A stretch of DNA of 32,000 nt from Kiritimatiella glycovorans (GTDB taxonomy: Bacteria; Verrucomicrobiota; Kiritimatiellia; Kiritimatiellales; Kiritimatiellaceae). The first letter of the stretch is position 1. Every line of letters begins with the position of its first letter. The DNA is taken from assembly GCF_001017655.1 (NCBI RefSeq), contig NZ_CP010904.1:330001-362000 (forward strand). Reading direction: 5' to 3'. Below are positions 24,195 to 31,255 of this stretch, in pieces. The position numbers were made by a program, and so were the translations under genes. The notes under the pieces are model-generated. The model had not been told where the DNA came from, searched no databases, and was given only the letters and a program-made list of their open reading frames with translations.

Positions 24195-25994
24195 TCATTC
24201 CGTCGGCGTAATCCTGGCGCGGAACAGCCTCACGCGGTTGTTCGTGTCGGCGCCCCAGATCGCCCATTCGTGTTCGTCGTCGATCGGTTCAATGCTCGCC
24301 GCCTGCCCCGGCGAGATCCAGTCGCTGAAGTCGCTCGAGACCTGAAGCCCGTAACGCACGTCTTTCCGTTCGCGCGCTCGGCGCAGCCGCAGATTTAACG
24401 CTCCGTCGTCGCGTGCGAAGTGCAGCCGCGCGTCGGGGATCTTCTCCGCGCGGGAGGGATCTGAGCCGAGGGCGTATTCGGCGAAATTGACGTGTCCATC
24501 CGCATCGGCGTCGTCCATGCGCGCGTTCAGGTTCGTGTATTCCGGCAGCCACCGGTCGCGCCATCCGGTGAACCGGTTTTCGTCCACCTCGAACACGGCG
24601 AAGATGGTGAGGTCGTCATCGAGGGTGCGGTTGATCTGCGTCGTGTCGTTGCTGTAGCCGCCGGGGGTCTCCCAGTAGAGAAACCGGCGGCCCGTAGCGG
24701 GTACGGCGGTCAGCGATACCACCGTCCCGGCGGGAAACTCGGTCCCGTCCGGGGATTGATCGATCGTTCCGTCGCCGATCGCCCATGCGCGGAGCTGTGC
24801 AGCTCCGCGCTGCGTCACGCCGGGGTTGGAGGTGCCGGGCGGATCGACGCTGTCGACGGCCAGGAGGTGCGCGCCTGAGCGAACTTCAAGCGGGATGCCG
24901 TCGGCGTTATAGATGTTGCCGGCCAGGACGATGTCGCGGCAGTTTGCGTCGCCGCTGATCATCTGCCGGGTAAAATTGTTGCCCTGATGAAAGATGGTGC
25001 GTGCGATCGTCCCGTCGAAACAATCCTCGAGCCGGATGTCGATGTACTCGGGATTGTACCCGGTGTGTTTGTGATACATCAGGCAGTTTTCGATCGTGAA
25101 CCCGTAGTGGTTGCGAAGCACGATGCCGCTGTCCTCGCAGTTGATGTGGCTGCAGCTGAATCGCGCGCCGGAGTGGTGGCGGTCGCCGGGTACGAATACG
25201 ATTCCGTTGCGGCATTCGACGGCGACGCTGTTGAGGAACTCCAGCTCACGGCAGGAGGTGCCCACCAGTCGCACCCCCGTTTTGAGGTCCCAGAAGTAGC
25301 TGTGCCGGAACGAGGGGGCGGGGCAGTCGATGAGTTCAACTCCGATGTGCGCCATGAACTCTTCCTCCTGCGGCGGGCCGTAGGGGCCGCCGAAGACCAC
25401 GCTGTGAAAGACCGGGCGCCAGAAGCCGGTCAGGCGGAACGCGCCCCTGTAGTAATCGTGCGCGATGTCCTCGGAACGAAATTCGATGTTTCGGGCGGTA
25501 AAGGTGTGATGTTGTTTATTGCCGCCCGGCGGACAGTACAGCTCAATACCGACCCCCGCTTCACGCCGCGGGGCGAAAAAGCTGAAATCTCGCATCGCGA
25601 TGATCGGCGAACGCTGCGCGAAGACCATCTTCAGAATGCCTTCGGGATTGTGCGAGCGGAGCCGTGTCACGCCGATCCCCGCGCCGCGGATCTGCAGGTC
25701 AGCGGTCGAGGCGTAGAGTTCGACGCGCGAGAAGAGGTCGTATGCCCCGGGCGGAATCCGGATGACCGCGGCTCCCGCCGCCACCGCATCTTCGAAAGCC
25801 GCCTGGAACGCGGGCGCGTCGTCCCGTCCGTCGTCCGGCACCGCGTTGTAGGGTGGGGCGGTGACGTCGATCTCCCCGAGGGCGCCGGGAATACACAACG
25901 CGGCGATCAGCACGGCGATCGGCCCCGCGCCGGGTTTCCGGAATTGGGTTGTCGGCGATTTGGCCACGGCCCCCTCCGCATTACGTTGGCTCAT
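24195..25994 (-). CDS. secreted right-handed beta-helix protein P3
   Basis: The C-terminal extension carries an InlB-B-repeat-like domain, a Ca-binding-like motif and a small beta-module. The entry motif is IDVTAPPYNAVPDDGRDDAPAFQAAFEDAV...IRIPPGAYDL...LQIRGAGIGVTRL, followed by AWAIGDGTIDQSPDGTEFPAGTVVSLTAVPATGRRFLYWE, DDADADGHVNFAEYALGSDP and ...RYGLQVSSDFSDWI...RLFRARI. ATG 25994 has no SD. GTG 25967, preceded by GGAGG with a 5-nt spacer, is an equally good start. Confidence 0.75.
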   Translation of the reverse strand: MSQRNAEGAVAKSPTTQFRKPGAGPIAVLIAALCIPGALGEIDVTAPPYNAVPDDGRDDAPAFQAAFEDAVAAGAAVIRIPPGAYDLFSRVELYASTADLQIRGAGIGVTRLRSHNPEGILKMVFAQRSPIIAMRDFSFFAPRREAGVGIELYCPPGGNKQHHTFTARNIEFRSEDIAHDYYRGAFRLTGFWRPVFHSVVFGGPYGPPQEEEFMAHIGVELIDCPAPSFRHSYFWDLKTGVRLVGTSCRELEFLNSVAVECRNGIVFVPGDRHHSGARFSCSHINCEDSGIVLRNHYGFTIENCLMYHKHTGYNPEYIDIRLEDCFDGTIARTIFHQGNNFTRQMISGDANCRDIVLAGNIYNADGIPLEVRSGAHLLAVDSVDPPGTSNPGVTQRGAAQLRAWAIGDGTIDQSPDGTEFPAGTVVSLTAVPATGRRFLYWETPGGYSNDTTQINRTLDDDLTIFAVFEVDENRFTGWRDRWLPEYTNLNARMDDADADGHVNFAEYALGSDPSRAEKIPDARLHFARDDGALNLRLRRARERKDVRYGLQVSSDFSDWISPGQAASIEPIDDEHEWAIWGADTNNRVRLFRARITPTE

Positions 25995-26045
25995 AATGGG
26001 ATCGGCCGGGCGCGTATACCAGTTAATTGCAGGATTATCCCCGGT

Positions 26046-26059
26046 ATTTCGCGCGAAAT
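26046..26059. promoter_or_regulatory. perfect 14-bp palindrome ATTTCGCGCGAAAT upstream of P3 (operator candidate)
   Basis: Read directly from the sequence. It lies 52-65 nt upstream of ATG 25994, in the 210-bp P4-P3 gap, next to an AT-rich stretch containing GATAAT on the minus strand. Confidence 0.3.
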
Positions 26060-26097
26060 GGACGGACCATCCCTTCAGGTAAAAAAGAATTGGATGG

Positions 26098-26168
26098 GTA
26101 GGGCGCGATCTCCGAGCGCGCCGCTTTTCAGACGGATCGGCGGACGGCTGGGGCAGCTGTCCCTGCCT
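26098..26168 (+). repeat. GTAGGGCGCGAT...GTCCCTGCCT intergenic repeat, copy 2
   Basis: The sequence is gtagggcgcgatctccgagcgcgcc, containing the hairpin GGCGCG-N8-CGCGCC. This is followed by GGACGGCTGgggCAGCTGTCC (a hairpin with one G-U pair) and ctgcct. It lies just 3' of the P4 stop. Confidence 0.5.
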
Positions 26169-26204
26169 TTCTGTACGCGTGGGTTCGACGGGGGAATGTT
26201 CCGG

Positions 26205-27956
26205 TCAAGGGTCATCAGAGGTCACCTCCACGCGGTAGAAGGCTGCGGCTTCGCCGGGGGCCGGGGACCAGACGGCCCACTCGTAATCCTCGTCGACGGG
26301 GTCGAGCGTCAGCGCAGCCTCGAGGGGCGCCCATGTGATGAGGTCGCTCGAGTGGAGGAGTTGATAGGAGAGATCCTTGATCCCGCGCGCCCTGCGCAGA
26401 CGAATCCGGGGCGTCGTCCCCGAGCGGGCTGCGCGGAGACGGTCTTCCGGGATGTCTGTTGCAAGGCGCGGGTCACTGGCAAAGGCGTATTCCGCCAGGT
26501 TCACGTACCCGTCGCCGTCATAATCCTCCATGCGTTCCGTGAGATGGGTGGCGCCCGGCATCATCCTGCGCCGCCATCCGTCATAGCGGTCCTCGTCGAT
26601 ATCGAAATGAGCGAAGAGCGTTCGGTCTCCGTTCATCGTCAACGCCAGTGTCCGGTTGGTATCGATCTGCCCCTGCGCCAGTTCCCAGTAGAGAAAGGTC
26701 CGGCCCGCATCGGGTGTGGCTTCGAGATCTACCATCGAACCCGCCGTAAACAGATCCTGGTCCGGGGTGGCGTCGATGACGCCGTCGCCGACCGTCCATG
26801 CGCGAAGTTGATATGGGGTCCGCTCGACGACGGAGGGATTGGTGCCATCGGAGGGAGCGTAATTATCGACGATTTCAATTCGCGAGGCTCCCTGCTGAAT
26901 TTCGGCCGGTACGCCCTCGGCGTTAAAGAGATTGGCCGCCAGGTGCAGTTGGTAGCAGTCCCCGTCTCCGCTGATCATGATGCGTGTCGTATTGTTCGGC
27001 TGGTGGAAAATGTTGCGGGCGATCACGCCCCGTCCGCAGGCCTCGAGCCGGATGTCCAGGTACTCGGGATTGACGTCCTCGTGGGCATGGTACATGAGGT
27101 TGTTCTGGAGGCAGAAGCCCCGGATCCGTCGCATCAGGATGCCGCTATCGCGGCAATTGATGTGGCAGGACTGGATGCGGACCCCGGTGTGCACGCGGTC
27201 GAGGGGATCGATCAGGATGCCGGTCCGGCACCCCACGGCGAAGGAACGGATAAACGAGGGTTCGCGCCCGGAGGTCCCGATGAGCCGATAGCCGGTCTGC
27301 AGCACCCACATGTAACAGTGGCGGAACGTGGGGCCGGGACAGTCGATCAGTTCGATGCCGCACGTACCCGCATAGGGTTTCTCCTGGGTCGGCCCGAAGG
27401 CGGCCCCGAAGATGACGTTGTGGAAGACGGGGCGCCAGAGCCCGGTGGCCTTGAGCCCGCCGTTGAAGTAGTCGTGATGGAATTCGACCGCGCGAAACTC
27501 AACGTTGCGGACAATGAGGGTGTGGCGCTGTTTATTGCCGCCGGGCGGAGAGAAGAGTTCGATTCCCTGTCCTGCCTCGCGCCGGTCGGCGAAGAAGGAG
27601 AGATCGGTGAAGGTCAGTTGCGAGGTGCGCTCGGTGAACGTAAGGCGGAAGACACCGCGCGGGTTATGCGAGTAGAGACCGGTCACGCCGTGGCCCGACC
27701 CGCGGATGGAGAGGTTCGCCGAGTCCGCCTGCATGTCCACGCGCGAAAAGAAATCGTAGCGCCCCGGTCCGATTTGTACGGCCCCTCCGCCGGCATCGAG
27801 GACGTCCTGCAGCGCGGCGCGGAACGCGGGGGCGTCGTCCCGTCCGTCGTCCGGCGTGGCGCCGTATTCACGTACGTCTACACTCATTGCCGCGGCACCC
27901 CCCGGTGAGACGAGGACGGCGGCAAGAAATAAAGCTGAAAGCCGGGCAGGGCGCAT
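26205..27956 (-). CDS. secreted right-handed beta-helix protein P4 (same architecture as P3)
   Basis: The ATG lies 2 nt after the P5 stop (TAA-gt-ATG) and the N-terminus is a signal peptide (MRPARLSALFLAAVLVSPGGAAA). Motifs are YGATPDDGRDDAPAFRAAL..., GGNKQRHTL.VRNVEFR and ATGLWRPVFHNV. The C-terminal EDYDGDGYVNLAEYAFASDP and ...SYQLLHSSDLITWAP...AFYRVEV parallel P3. Confidence 0.75.
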   Translation of the reverse strand: MRPARLSALFLAAVLVSPGGAAAMSVDVREYGATPDDGRDDAPAFRAALQDVLDAGGGAVQIGPGRYDFFSRVDMQADSANLSIRGSGHGVTGLYSHNPRGVFRLTFTERTSQLTFTDLSFFADRREAGQGIELFSPPGGNKQRHTLIVRNVEFRAVEFHHDYFNGGLKATGLWRPVFHNVIFGAAFGPTQEKPYAGTCGIELIDCPGPTFRHCYMWVLQTGYRLIGTSGREPSFIRSFAVGCRTGILIDPLDRVHTGVRIQSCHINCRDSGILMRRIRGFCLQNNLMYHAHEDVNPEYLDIRLEACGRGVIARNIFHQPNNTTRIMISGDGDCYQLHLAANLFNAEGVPAEIQQGASRIEIVDNYAPSDGTNPSVVERTPYQLRAWTVGDGVIDATPDQDLFTAGSMVDLEATPDAGRTFLYWELAQGQIDTNRTLALTMNGDRTLFAHFDIDEDRYDGWRRRMMPGATHLTERMEDYDGDGYVNLAEYAFASDPRLATDIPEDRLRAARSGTTPRIRLRRARGIKDLSYQLLHSSDLITWAPLEAALTLDPVDEDYEWAVWSPAPGEAAAFYRVEVTSDDP

Positions 27957-27958
27957 AC

Positions 27959-29152
27959 TTATTCAAACAGGTTGTCGGTAATGCGGATGCCGGAACTTCC
28001 GGCTGTAGTGTCGAGCGCCCGGGATTCGGGGGCGGCAAAGATGTTGTCCATGATCAGCAGATCCCGGGAGGTGTTTTGCAGCCGGATCATCGTCCGCGCG
28101 GGATTGACGGGGCTGCCGAACACGTTATCGGAGATGATGCCTCCGAACACCCCGTCGAGGAGGATGTCGACGTAGGGCCAGGTGTCGTCCGTGGTGAGGT
28201 TGTTGAAGGTACAGTTGTTGATCTGAAAAAACTTCCGGCCCACGAGTTGGATCCCCGCATCGCGGCAGTGGAAGTCGCAGGAATCTGCAACCAGCTGCGG
28301 CTCGTTTCCTCGATCGTAAACGTAGAGTCCGGTCCGGCAGCCCTGGATCGTACAGCCGAGCAGGGATCCGTCCTCCGGTGCTCCGTTTTCATCCCGGCTG
28401 TCGAACGAGACCCCGATCTTCGCCGAGAAGACCTGGCAGTCCTGAAGGCTGGGCGCGTAGCAGTTGTCGATGACGATCCCGGCCATGGCGGCGAACCGGG
28501 GCGAGGAGTCCGATACATTCGTGCTCACTCCGGGGCCGAAGGGCCCGGAGACCGTGACATGCTGCAGCAGCGGACGCCAGCATCCGTCGACACTCAGCCC
28601 GATATCGAAGTAATCCTCCGAGGGGTCGACGCCGCGGATCTCCACGGATTCGGCCAGCACCGCGCGGTTCTGACGTGCGCCTCCCGGCGGGGCGGTGATT
28701 TCGATGGCCGTGCCCGCCCCGGGAAGGTCGGCGAAGAGTGTGAAGTCGCGCAGCGTATACTGTGAACGCCGGCTCCCGTTCGTGATCCTGAACACCCCGC
28801 CCGTCGAGGTGGCGTAGAGCGTCGACACTCCGATTCCCTCGCCGAGGATGGAGATGTTGACCTCTCCGACCGCGATCGTGGCGGGGGTGGAGAGGTGGTA
28901 TGCGCCGGCGGGGATGCGGATTGCGGCCCGTTCCGCCGTCGCGGCTTGTTCGAGCGCCCGTTGAAACGCCGGGGCGTCGTCCAGCCCGTCGTCCGGCACC
29001 GCGTTGTAGGGTGGGGCGGTGACGTCGATCTCAAGCGCCCGGACACCGGCCGTCGACAGGAGCAGAGCCGTGAGGACCGCCGCTGCGATACGCGCTCTTC
29101 GACACGCGCCGCGAGCGCGTCCCGGGGAACGCTGTACATGCGGATGGGGCAC
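27959..29152 (-). CDS. secreted right-handed beta-helix protein P5 (core only, no C-terminal extension)
   Basis: The track ORF runs to 29254 but would overlap the sulfatase 3' end by 100 nt, and it has no internal Met. I start it at GTG 29152, preceded by GGAGG with a 5-nt spacer and lying 2 nt after the sulfatase stop (TAG-tc-GTG). This gives a signal-like N-terminus (..RRARIAAAVLTALLLSTAGVRA). The entry motif is IDVTAPPYNAVPDDGLDDAPAFQRAL...IRIPAGAYHL. Confidence 0.7.
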   Translation of the reverse strand: MPHPHVQRSPGRARGACRRARIAAAVLTALLLSTAGVRALEIDVTAPPYNAVPDDGLDDAPAFQRALEQAATAERAAIRIPAGAYHLSTPATIAVGEVNISILGEGIGVSTLYATSTGGVFRITNGSRRSQYTLRDFTLFADLPGAGTAIEITAPPGGARQNRAVLAESVEIRGVDPSEDYFDIGLSVDGCWRPLLQHVTVSGPFGPGVSTNVSDSSPRFAAMAGIVIDNCYAPSLQDCQVFSAKIGVSFDSRDENGAPEDGSLLGCTIQGCRTGLYVYDRGNEPQLVADSCDFHCRDAGIQLVGRKFFQINNCTFNNLTTDDTWPYVDILLDGVFGGIISDNVFGSPVNPARTMIRLQNTSRDLLIMDNIFAAPESRALDTTAGSSGIRITDNLFE

Positions 29153-29154
29153 GA

Positions 29155-31029
29155 CTACCTCCGGAACACGAACCTCATTTCCATGTCGTAGTTTTGAGGG
29201 TTGTCGCCGGTATAGGCGGTCCCGAAGCGGTACGGGTCGTCGTGGAACGCCCACAGGGCCAGGGTCTGTTTCGGCAGTTTCTTCGTCGGATGCATGCGCA
29301 CGAAGAGACGCGCATGCTTCGGGACTTCCGCGTCGAAGATGACGCGCTGCCGGAACTGGTTGCCCAGGCGCCGGGCGGGGATGGTCTGTTCGCCCAGCTT
29401 GCGGCCGTTGTGGAAGAGTTCGACCACCAGGTCCGCCACGCCGTAGGGCCGTCCCCAGGCGGGCGTCTGAAATTCGATCGCGTGCAGCCGTCCCGTCTCG
29501 GCGCGGAAGGTCTGGCCGATGTGAGGGTGCTGCGCGAAGTCGATCGACTGTTCGTGCTGCTTCTGCGCGGTGTTGACGACGACAAATTCCGGGTATTCGG
29601 CGTAGACCGGGTGGCGGTCCGGAATCTCGCGCCGGTACTGGTCGCAGCGTGCGCGCAGAGCCTCCAGTCGCCCCTTTTGTGCGGGATCCTCCGCGAGGTT
29701 GTTCATCTCGAGGGGATCTTCCGCGAGGTCGAAGAGCTGTTCACAGACGGGGTCGACACTGACGAAACGCACGTACTTCCAGCGTTCGGTCCGCACGCCC
29801 ACGCTCTTTGGAATATCGCCCGGCGCCGGCTCGTAGGTGTGTTCATAGAACCAGTCCTTCCGCCAGGCCGGGTGGCGGCCGCGCACCAGGGGCGTGAGGT
29901 CGCGCCCCTGCATGGTCGCGGGCGCTTCCACGCCTGCGAGCGACAGGATGGTCTGAGCATAGTCGACATTGAGCACCATCTCCTCCCGGCGCTGACCCCG
30001 AAGATTTTCCGGACTGCGGGGATCGAAGACGAGCAGCGGAATACGAATCGAGGGTTCGTACATAAACCATTTCCCGTGGAATCCGTACTCGTATTCGAAG
30101 TGGCCCTGGTCGCTGGTGTAGATCAGGATCGTATTGTCAGCCAGCCCCAGTTCGCTCAGCCGCTGTCGCAGTCGCCCGACCTGCCGGTCCACGCCGCTCA
30201 CCAGCGTGAAGTACTGCTTCATGTGGCGGTGATGGTGTTCGAGGGTCGGGTTGCGGCCCCAGCCCCATTCGCGGGCGATGGACCCCTGTTCGCCGGCGAT
30301 CGAATCCTGCAGGAACTTCGGCTGCGCGTCGAACGCCTCCGCGCTGAAGAGTTCGGGCACCGGCATGTCTTCGGGGTCATACAGATGATCGAGCCTGCGG
30401 TCGTAGCCGTCCCAGGGACCGTGGCACGCCTTGAAACTGACGGAGAGGCAGAACGGCTTGTCCTGCCCGGACGCCTGTTCGACAAACTCGACCGCGTCGT
30501 CGCCCATGATTTCGGTCATGTGTTTTTCGGGCTGCCGGGGATCGGGATAGTACTTGCCCTGTCCGACCACACCGCGCCAGAAGTCGAACCGGCCCGCGGG
30601 ACTTTTCAGATGTTCCGGATGCGTCGCGCCCACGCCCCACTTGCCGATGAATCCCGTGTAGTAACCGTGTCGGCGCAGAATGGCCGGGTACGTCGCGTCA
30701 ACCTGATCCTCCGTGAACGGTTCGATGAAATCGCGGATGCCGTGCGTGCGCATGTACTGGCCGGTCAGGACCGTCGCGCGGCTGGCCACACAGATGGACG
30801 TAACCACGAACGCGTTCTCGAACGCCGTGCCCTCCGCCGCCATCGCATCCAGATGCGGGGTCTTCACTGCGGCGTTTCCGTAACACCCCAGCGTGTCCTT
30901 GCGCTGGTCGTCCGTCATCAGAAAGATGATGTTCGGCCGCCCGCCCGGGGCACCGCGGGTAAGACCGCTCATGCCGAAGGCTGCAATCGCACCGGCGGAT
31001 GTCCCTGTAAGAAAAGATCTTCGTTCCAT
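29155..31029 (-). CDS. Tat-signal sulfatase (formylglycine type) with an additional ~170-aa C-terminal domain
   Basis: I start it at ATG 31029, with AGGAG 5 nt upstream. The N-terminus MERRSFLTGTSAGAIAAFG is a twin-arginine signal. Sulfatase motifs are PNIIFLMTDDQRKD and the FGly site TSICVASRATVLTGQ (C-x-A-x-R). The last ~170 aa (from about DQYRREIPDRH... to the C-terminus) lie outside the sulfatase fold as I know it. The track's N-terminal extension to 31185 runs through AT-rich promoter-like DNA. Confidence 0.9.
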   Translation of the reverse strand: MERRSFLTGTSAGAIAAFGMSGLTRGAPGGRPNIIFLMTDDQRKDTLGCYGNAAVKTPHLDAMAAEGTAFENAFVVTSICVASRATVLTGQYMRTHGIRDFIEPFTEDQVDATYPAILRRHGYYTGFIGKWGVGATHPEHLKSPAGRFDFWRGVVGQGKYYPDPRQPEKHMTEIMGDDAVEFVEQASGQDKPFCLSVSFKACHGPWDGYDRRLDHLYDPEDMPVPELFSAEAFDAQPKFLQDSIAGEQGSIAREWGWGRNPTLEHHHRHMKQYFTLVSGVDRQVGRLRQRLSELGLADNTILIYTSDQGHFEYEYGFHGKWFMYEPSIRIPLLVFDPRSPENLRGQRREEMVLNVDYAQTILSLAGVEAPATMQGRDLTPLVRGRHPAWRKDWFYEHTYEPAPGDIPKSVGVRTERWKYVRFVSVDPVCEQLFDLAEDPLEMNNLAEDPAQKGRLEALRARCDQYRREIPDRHPVYAEYPEFVVVNTAQKQHEQSIDFAQHPHIGQTFRAETGRLHAIEFQTPAWGRPYGVADLVVELFHNGRKLGEQTIPARRLGNQFRQRVIFDAEVPKHARLFVRMHPTKKLPKQTLALWAFHDDPYRFGTAYTGDNPQNYDMEMRFVFRR

Positions 31030-31255
31030 GGGTACTCCTGACTTTGAATACTTCTGATCACGAAAACACATTGTAAAAAATGAAAGCGGATATTTGTCAA
31101 TATAATCCCTGAAAGTGACAGGACGAAAGAACGGAGTCTTCGTTCTTGACAGTGCTCCTTCAGGATAATAAAACGCTTCGATCATTAACTTTAAGTATTC
31201 TTTAAGGTGGGCTCGGCAGAGGGTAGTCTGACTGCTCCGGAGGGCAGCGCATCGG

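Noticed and set aside
24987-27908. 973-aa + strand ORF spanning P3, the 210-bp gap and P4
   Set aside because: It is antisense to two genes that have strong mutual homology, signal peptides and domain motifs. Its translation is low-complexity (R/G/A/V/D-rich). That it stays open across the gap appears to be chance.
9732-29152. Prophage tailspikes or a prophage remnant, because beta-helix proteins resemble phage depolymerases
   Set aside because: There are no capsid, terminase, portal, tail or integrase genes. All five proteins have Sec-type signal peptides and sit among sulfatase, CAZyme, regulator and transporter genes.
29153-29254. N-terminal extension of the P5 ORF to ATG 29254
   Set aside because: It would overlap the sulfatase coding end by 100 nt and adds a non-signal, Arg/Pro-rich leader. 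GTG 29152, with an SD and the recurring 2-nt junction, is more parsimonious.
31030-31185. N-terminal extension of the sulfatase ORF to ATG 31185
   Set aside because: The extension runs through AT-rich promoter-like DNA. A Tat motif and AGGAG-preceded ATG at 31029 give a canonical precursor.
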